Shown: piece after piece, positions 57,340 to 64,000 of the stretch | Layout: every line of letters begins with the position of its first letter | Numbering within the stretch: the first letter of the stretch is position 1 | The notes under the pieces: generated by a model | Databases searched by the model: none | What the model saw: the letters and a program-made list of their open reading frames with translations, nothing else | What the model was told of the DNA's origin: nothing | Translations under genes and position numbers: made by a program | Assembly (NCBI RefSeq): GCF_009914755.1 | Contig: NC_060928.1 | Direction: 5' to 3' (one strand) | Origin: the human T2T-CHM13v2.0 reference genome, Homo sapiens | Length of the DNA: 64,000 bases

Positions 57340-59240
57340 TCTTACAAAAATCATTGCTTTCTCACCTAGAAGAATCCAAAAGAATCAACCCAAAAGCTCA
57401 TAGAACTGATAAGAGGGTTCAGTAAGATCACTAGATATAAAATTATGACTTGAAAGCCAATGGTACTATCAATATCTAAAATAGAAAATATAAAGAAAAA
57501 TCATCTGACAGTAATATAAGAAAGATATAAAATATCTAGGGATAAATCTAATAAAATGTTTGAAAGGTATGAATAAATGTGTGAAACTACTGAGAATCAT
57601 AAAACAGTTCTTAGTCAATAGTGATTGGCTATAATGTGGTAAATATTAATCTCTGCCAATTAGTTTGTATTTCTATCTCATCCTAAGCAAAATGCTAAAG
57701 AAAAAAATGCAAAACAATAGGTACAAAAATTTTGCAAAAGGACACTGACAGCAATAGTTATTTCCAAAAAAGTGTAGTAATTAAAACACTTGCTTTCATC
57801 TTCAGAAATAGGCATAGGGACATATAGCAACGTAGCATAAGATAAATGTGACATTTAAAACCAAGGAAATCAATAAAATTACATTAAAAGCATTGGGAAA
57901 TTGAACATCTATGTGGAAACAAAATAAGTTAGGTTTTTACTATTCATAATATCCAGATATTAATATTAGAAGAATTTAATGTAAAAGGGATAGTTAAAAA
58001 TCAAACATCCCAGAATAGTTTGAAAATCTTAGAATGGGAAATCCTTGTTACACAAGACATAAAATTTAGGAATCATCAAATGAAGGATCGAGAATTTGGT
58101 TACAAATGTCATCATAAACACGGAAAAAGGTAAGAGAAAAAGGAAGAAAAATAGGGGCTTTACATATGAAGAAGATTAAAGTACGTTAGAAATCAAAACT
58201 TAAAGGGTAATCTAATAGTAAAAAGAAGTGTACAAAATCTAGGAATAGATGATTAATAGAGGAAACTATAAAAATAGATGCACTTTCTTACTAATGATGA
58301 TGGGAATCCAATTTTCCTGTTTATCAGTGAGGTGGCTGATGAAACCAGCTCTGGAGTCAGGCTGCCTGGGTTGACACCCACTCACCCATTTCTAGAGATG
58401 ATAGCTGAGAAAATTACTTAACTTGCTTCCAAGTTTTTTAATGTCTAAAATATGGATAATATTAGGACCCATGTGGCTTTACAGTATAACAAATTTTAAG
58501 TTAATACATAAAATATACTAAGAGCAATGCGTACTGTCAAGAGTACAAAAACGTAAGTTGCCATTATTAAAACAAAAATGAAATGTCATTTTTACCTGTG
58601 ATTAGTAAAAACTGAAACAATGAAAAATATCAATTATTAGTGAATTACACACAAAAAGTTATTTTATTGATAGCAATGTTAATTGCTACACTATATTTGG
58701 GTGATAATTTGATAGCATGGATAACCTTTCACCCAGCATAAGATTTGACCAACCAATCCTACTTTTAATAATCTGTTCTGCAGAAATAATAGCACATGTG
58801 CTCCAAGATGTATGTATTCACATGTTCACTGCAGCCTTGTTTGTAATCACAAAACTCTGAACAATCTAAATATCTTTCAATTAGGGAATGTTAATAAAAT
58901 GTTGCTGCTATCTTCAAACTAGGGAATATCATACAATGGTTTAAAAGAGTGGACTAAGTCTGTATCAACATGGTAATTTCCCTGCCAGATATCAAAGTAA
59001 GCCACAAGATAATTGTTCTGTGGTGTCCTTAATCAAAAACATAACAAAACCAGAAACGCACAAACAAATTCGACTCTTACTAGAACTATGGGGCTAGAGG
59101 TACATCCCACATTATTGTTAACAAGGGTTGCTTCTGGGAAGAATAGTAAGCAAAGGGAATTTACATCCTTTTAATCAGTATGCTTGTTTAAATTTGTGCT
59201 ATAATATACTCCTGCTATTTTTGAATTACAGACATTTAAT
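57340..59240 (+). mobile_element. Old L1ME-like ORF2/3' region with nested MIR (~58325-58570)
   Basis: ctcatagaactgataagagggttcagtaagatcactagatataa; atgttcactgcagccttgtttgtaat; MIR gctctggagtcaggctgcctgggtt. Confidence 0.7.
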
Positions 59241-60014
59241 TTAGAGTATTCAAATAAATGTAAGGGCCAAAAACAAAATAAGCTACAAATCCTTTCTGGA
59301 AGGAATTTGTTTCACACCATCAGTTGTAACTAGGCGTTACAATGGAATAGGGCGACAGTCAGGGCAATGTTAGAGCAATGTGCCATGATCCCTTAACAAG
59401 CATGAAGTCATAATTTTACCAGGACTCAATGCATCAAGGGTGTGTGAGTCCATTATGCTAAAGATAATCCCTCCAATTCCTTGGCAATTTAGAGATGAAT
59501 GCTAATGGCCCAGAGCATTTAGCATATTTATATGATTTTGCATTATACTATATTGAAAAAAATGTGTCCTTTGAAAATAAATGTATGTGGGTTAACACAT
59601 AAGTACTATGGCACATGCGCAGGAACCCGCTTGCTTACCAACAAGTAAGAAGAGCAAGAAAGTTCTGTGAAACCTTCAGAACCTCTTTGAGTCATTCAAA
59701 AGCAAAAGTGTTATACAAGCTAATTTGAGGGTATCCAGACAGTAAGGTGATAAAGTTCTGTCTTTTTTTTTTTTTGTATTTTATTTAAAGGATAAATTTT
59801 AAGTAGAAATCTTATAGTCATTTGAACATTTTTCAGTTATTTTGTTTAAAAGTAGGTTTTATCATAGACTCTAAAATGATTATTTGGACTGAGATGTCAT
59901 TGAATCTATGTTTAACACATACATAATCCCTCGGTCTTGTACATTCTAATTAAGATCAGACAAGAGATTGCAGGTTTTTTAGGCATTAAGACCAATGGTG
60001 GCTATAAACATGAA

Positions 60015-60135
60015 GAAGAGAAAAAAAAAGAGAGAGAGAGAAAACAGAGCAAGAGGAAAGAAGAAATATAAAACAAAGAGGAAGAAATGTAAAACAAAGA
60101 GGAAGAAATATAAAGAAAGAAAAAGTAATAAAACA
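60015..60135. repeat. GA-rich tract with a 21-bp tandem unit
   Basis: aagaaatataaaacaaagagg / aagaaatgtaaaacaaagagg / aagaaatataaa. Confidence 0.85.
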
Positions 60136-61024
60136 GAGAATGATATTATTTAATCCTTGAAATTTATTGTATCTCACATACATTTTCCATGAGAAAGTAT
60201 GTGATGAATAATATATATGCACTACCTGACATTTTCTAGAATTTCTCTCTTTGATGTTCAGCCACACAGGCCCAAGTATGAGCTTTGAGGGCATGGAGAC
60301 ATTTGAAAGCTGAGACTTGCCAGCAGCACACAGCTGGCTGGTGTCACAGCAAGGATTAGACGCCAGGCCTGCAGACATTCATTCAGCCTGGCACTCTTTA
60401 TCCACAATATTCAAATTTCATCAGGGCATAGAGTGCCCAGAACTCACATAGAGCATGAGTTGAGCAAGAGTTCACAGAGGATAGAACTATATGAATTTAT
60501 AAGGAGAAAATACGTATCCCAAAGATAAAGAATGAGACTATCACTTGTGAAATAGCGCCTGATACAGACAGAGGTAATTCTCTTTCGTTTATGTATCCAG
60601 AACCCATCATTAAAATTCACATGAGAATTATTGCCTATTACTGCTGGTTCTACAATTGCCTGCTATCCCAGATAATGAATGAAGCCAGAATAAATGTTAT
60701 AGATTTTTTAAAGCTGCATATAATATGGGCAACAGCAATAAACTTTCGCCATTTTACCTCACTCAGCAAACATAACATGAAGGTCAGGAGGGGTAAATAT
60801 TTGTTAGAGAGAAAGAAAAATGTATTATTACAGCCTCATTGTCTTCTACTGCTGAGTGATGATGTTGCATCAATCTAGTATTTCTGTGAAACATTAGATC
60901 AAAACGTATGCAAAAGAGAAGTAATTTATCATCATAAATATTTGTGGCAGAGCTATAGGGAAAATCATCATTGAGGCAATTTATGGAAAATGTCATTGGG
61001 GTGTATGTTTATTATTCTTTGCAT

Positions 61025-61125
61025 TTCCTCTGAATCACTTGGTGTTTCATTCAGTAGCTATATATTGAGTGTCTGTGCTAGGAACTTTGCTGGGCTCTGG
61101 GGAACAGGAGTGAACAAAGTAAAGG
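61025..61125 (-). mobile_element. L2 3' end fragment
   Basis: ttcattcagtagctatatattgagtgtctgtgctaggaactttgctgggctctgggga. Confidence 0.6.
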
Positions 61126-62069
61126 GTAGACTTTTAAAGAAATGAGAGTTTTTTGAGAGATGCTACACTGCCAGGTCCAGAATGGGAAATCCTTTCTGTC
61201 CATAGATAGGAAAAGAATTTGCCCCAGTGGAAAAGTGAACTTTAAAATAACCCCATTAATGCAAAGTAGATGGTTTAACTTCATTTCATCATAAGAAGAG
61301 AACATTGTATTTACCTACATTTTGTGAGAGTAAAGAAATCACAGGTCTATTTTTATGATTCCCCCCAATTTTTACCTGGAAACCTAACATTACATGCACT
61401 ATCTGTTACAATAATTGTATTTTTAGGGGAATAAATGTCACTTACGACAAACTTTAAAACTTTAACAATTTATTTCAATTATGTAAATAAGACATTTGAA
61501 ATTGTGGGAATTTTTCTCTATATTTTCATGTGCAAAATTTGTTATTGGGCATATATTCCATGCAAAGAAATTCAATGTATGTTCCAGGCAAAAAAATTTA
61601 CCTCATTTCATTTAGGTTTTCAATTGCAGCTTGCGCTGTGTACTTTTTCAGGTTGGTAATGTCCCCTTTCTTGGTACAAACTTCTCCACTTACAAAATGT
61701 ATATGGAAATCTTAAAATAATAAAATTTCACAAATATTCTAAATATTATATTTTCATACTAAAAATGATTGCGCTTTTTTCCTATTAGGAGAATGAATTA
61801 ACTACATTTCATAGGTAATTTTAAACTAACAGCTGTTATTTTGCAAAATGATAACAAAGGATAAAAATATTGTTTTGACATGATTTCAGAAATACCCCAC
61901 TATCAACGGAAATGAAATTTTCTCATAAGAACCCGTTTTATGTCTTTGCTAGACCATTGGTTCTGATTGTATGTTCATTTGACAAATATTTAATGATTAT
62001 ATAATTGTGAAAACTTCTGATTTGGATATTGCAGAGAATACAAAAATTATTGTGGTTTATTTATTGTCA

Positions 62070-63920
62070 ATAACACATTTACCTAATAATTTATAATTTT
62101 TTCCAGTACATCTCTATATATTATCTAATTTAAACTTAAAAGAATTCTCATGAGATAGACAGGAGAGGAATTAATAGCCCCATTCAATAGATTAGGAAGC
62201 ATGCTTAAGATCAGAGACTCTTCTACCAGGTGCCCAGGGAAACATAGAGCTGGGCTTCCGATTCGGGCAACTGGGGAGTGTGCTGATGGAGTTCATAATT
62301 AGGGAGGATCATATTCAGTTGATGGCAAGCAAGGAACCCTTCCTGGAAGAATTGGTAGTTATTAAATGACATTTATCAGTTGCCTGCTGTGTGCCAAGTA
62401 CTTGACAGGCATTCATAGGTAAATGGCACTTCATTCTCTCCTTTCAATTAGCTCACAGTTTATGGGCAAACTAGACAAATATAAAACAGGCTAATACACA
62501 GAAAGGCAGATTGCTTTAGAATCACATGCAGGAGCAGCTTGTAATTCAGACCACACAGAGCAGGTAACACCTGAGCAAATGCTATACGTGCTCTTCTCTA
62601 AGCAATTGCAAGAAATTGATGGATTTTAAGCAGGAGGGTTATATCTGCCATGAGAGGAAAAAGATTTATTATGAAGGAGGCTTTTTGAGAGGTTATTTCA
62701 GCCATCTAGTCAATAGATGTTTAAGGACCATATTAAGGCAATGTCATGAGAGCTGGAGAGCACAGATAGAGAGGTCTAATGGGCAATATTTGGTGACAAT
62801 TCATATGCTGAGAATAAAGGAAGAGAAGTCAAGAGTGATTCTAACATTTTTTGGCCTGAAGAGATGGGCTTATTTCAACACATAAGCACTTGTCTTGTGG
62901 AATTGATGAATTTTAGACTAAAGGAAAATATGAGCAAAATCCTGGTGCATGATTAATAAATAGTTAATATCAACATTAATTAGAACATTAAGATGTAGGA
63001 AAGTCATGAGAGACTCATAGGGCCAACACTCTTTTCAGCTTATGTTTACTTTAATACTTCCCTGTCCCACAATGAGGCAGGTAGGTAATATTTTTATCGT
63101 TTTTTACACATGACTAAGCTCAGACAGACTAGTAGAGTAACTTGCCCAATAAATCCAGATAGAAAATGGCAAAGCCAGGATTCAAACCCAGTTTGTTCTC
63201 ACTTTTAGCCCCTAGAGCTGCTGTTTCTGAGGTCAGAGCCGCCCAAGATTCTTGAAAACAGAATAATAATCTCTCTGTGATATTTAATTGTTTAGATTAA
63301 AGTAATATGTGTTTAGATATTGTAAAACAGTGGCATTTTATGTATTTCTTTTTTCTTTTTTTATTCTAGAAAGCTCACACATGAGTTCATGAAAGAATTG
63401 AATATTTTTAATTAAAAATTATACCAACAGGGAAATAAATACAAAATAATCATGAAAATACATTATTGAAAAATTAATATATATTTACAGTATATATTTT
63501 TATCAGTAAATAAAGGATGACAGCTAGGGTGATGATGAAAGTTTGGAAAATATTTGCATAAGGAGTTGAATTTGACCTTGTTAATAGGGATGAGACCGCT
63601 AAAAGATAGATTTTGAAGAAAAAGAAAAAAAATTGGAAGACAGATCCTTGACTGATGCCTTTATGTGATGTGCTTTAGGAAGACTAATATGACAAGAGTG
63701 TAAATTGAAGGAAGGAGAGAGAAGAGGTGGGTCACATGGCAGAACCAAGGAGAAAGAAAAGGAAAGTGAAGGTGCAAGAGATGCTTAAGAAGTACTGTTA
63801 TGGAAACTTCATATAAGTGGGGAACTTACCTGTTGTGCTTAATACTGTCTTCCCCAAACCTAGAACAGTGCATAGTAGGTTCTTAAAAGTGCTTTGTAAA
63901 TGTGCAATGAAAGAAGTAGA
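62070..63920. mobile_element. Mosaic of MIR and L2 fragments
   Basis: MIR 62070-62260 and 63040-63210 (gtaacttgccc...gccaggattcaaaccca); L2 62365-62940 (tgcctgctgtgtgccaag; ggattttaagcaggag). Confidence 0.6.
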
Positions 63921-64000
63921 ATAAAATTTAAATGGTGATGGATGACATGCATAGGACAAGAAAGGGCAAGAAGGTCATTATTCTGAACTATTGCATATAA

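Overview
This is AT-rich, repeat-dense primate genomic DNA, almost certainly hominoid or human: it carries Alu, L1PA2/3-like, L1PA4/5-like, THE1 and MER11 elements. It looks like deep intronic or intergenic sequence. I see no host protein-coding gene, CpG island, structural RNA gene or prokaryotic system. The ORF track is noise, apart from L1 ORF1/ORF2 remnants and Alu or microsatellite artefacts. The window is a layered transposon record: old MIR/L2/CR1, MaLR and MER21 LTRs, Charlie1a, MER82 and Tigger3a DNA transposons, a near full-length L1MC, and younger L1PB/L1PA, Alu and MER11 insertions. The structures the repeat annotation does not explain are: (1) a ~215-bp, ~90%-identical inverted duplication of apparently non-repeat DNA (11862-12077 vs 13620-13839), fused to a palindromic junction, a doubly truncated Alu and a CpG-containing (TA)n-type array; (2) an L1PA insertion that removed the endonuclease region of its host L1MC and carries a foreign ~30-nt old-L1 tag beyond its poly(A); (3) a twin-primed L1PB; (4) a few candidate splice and enhancer motif clusters. 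I cannot support a claim of a wholly new biological system. Subfamily names come from my recall of consensus sequences, not from a search, and boundaries of old elements are approximate.
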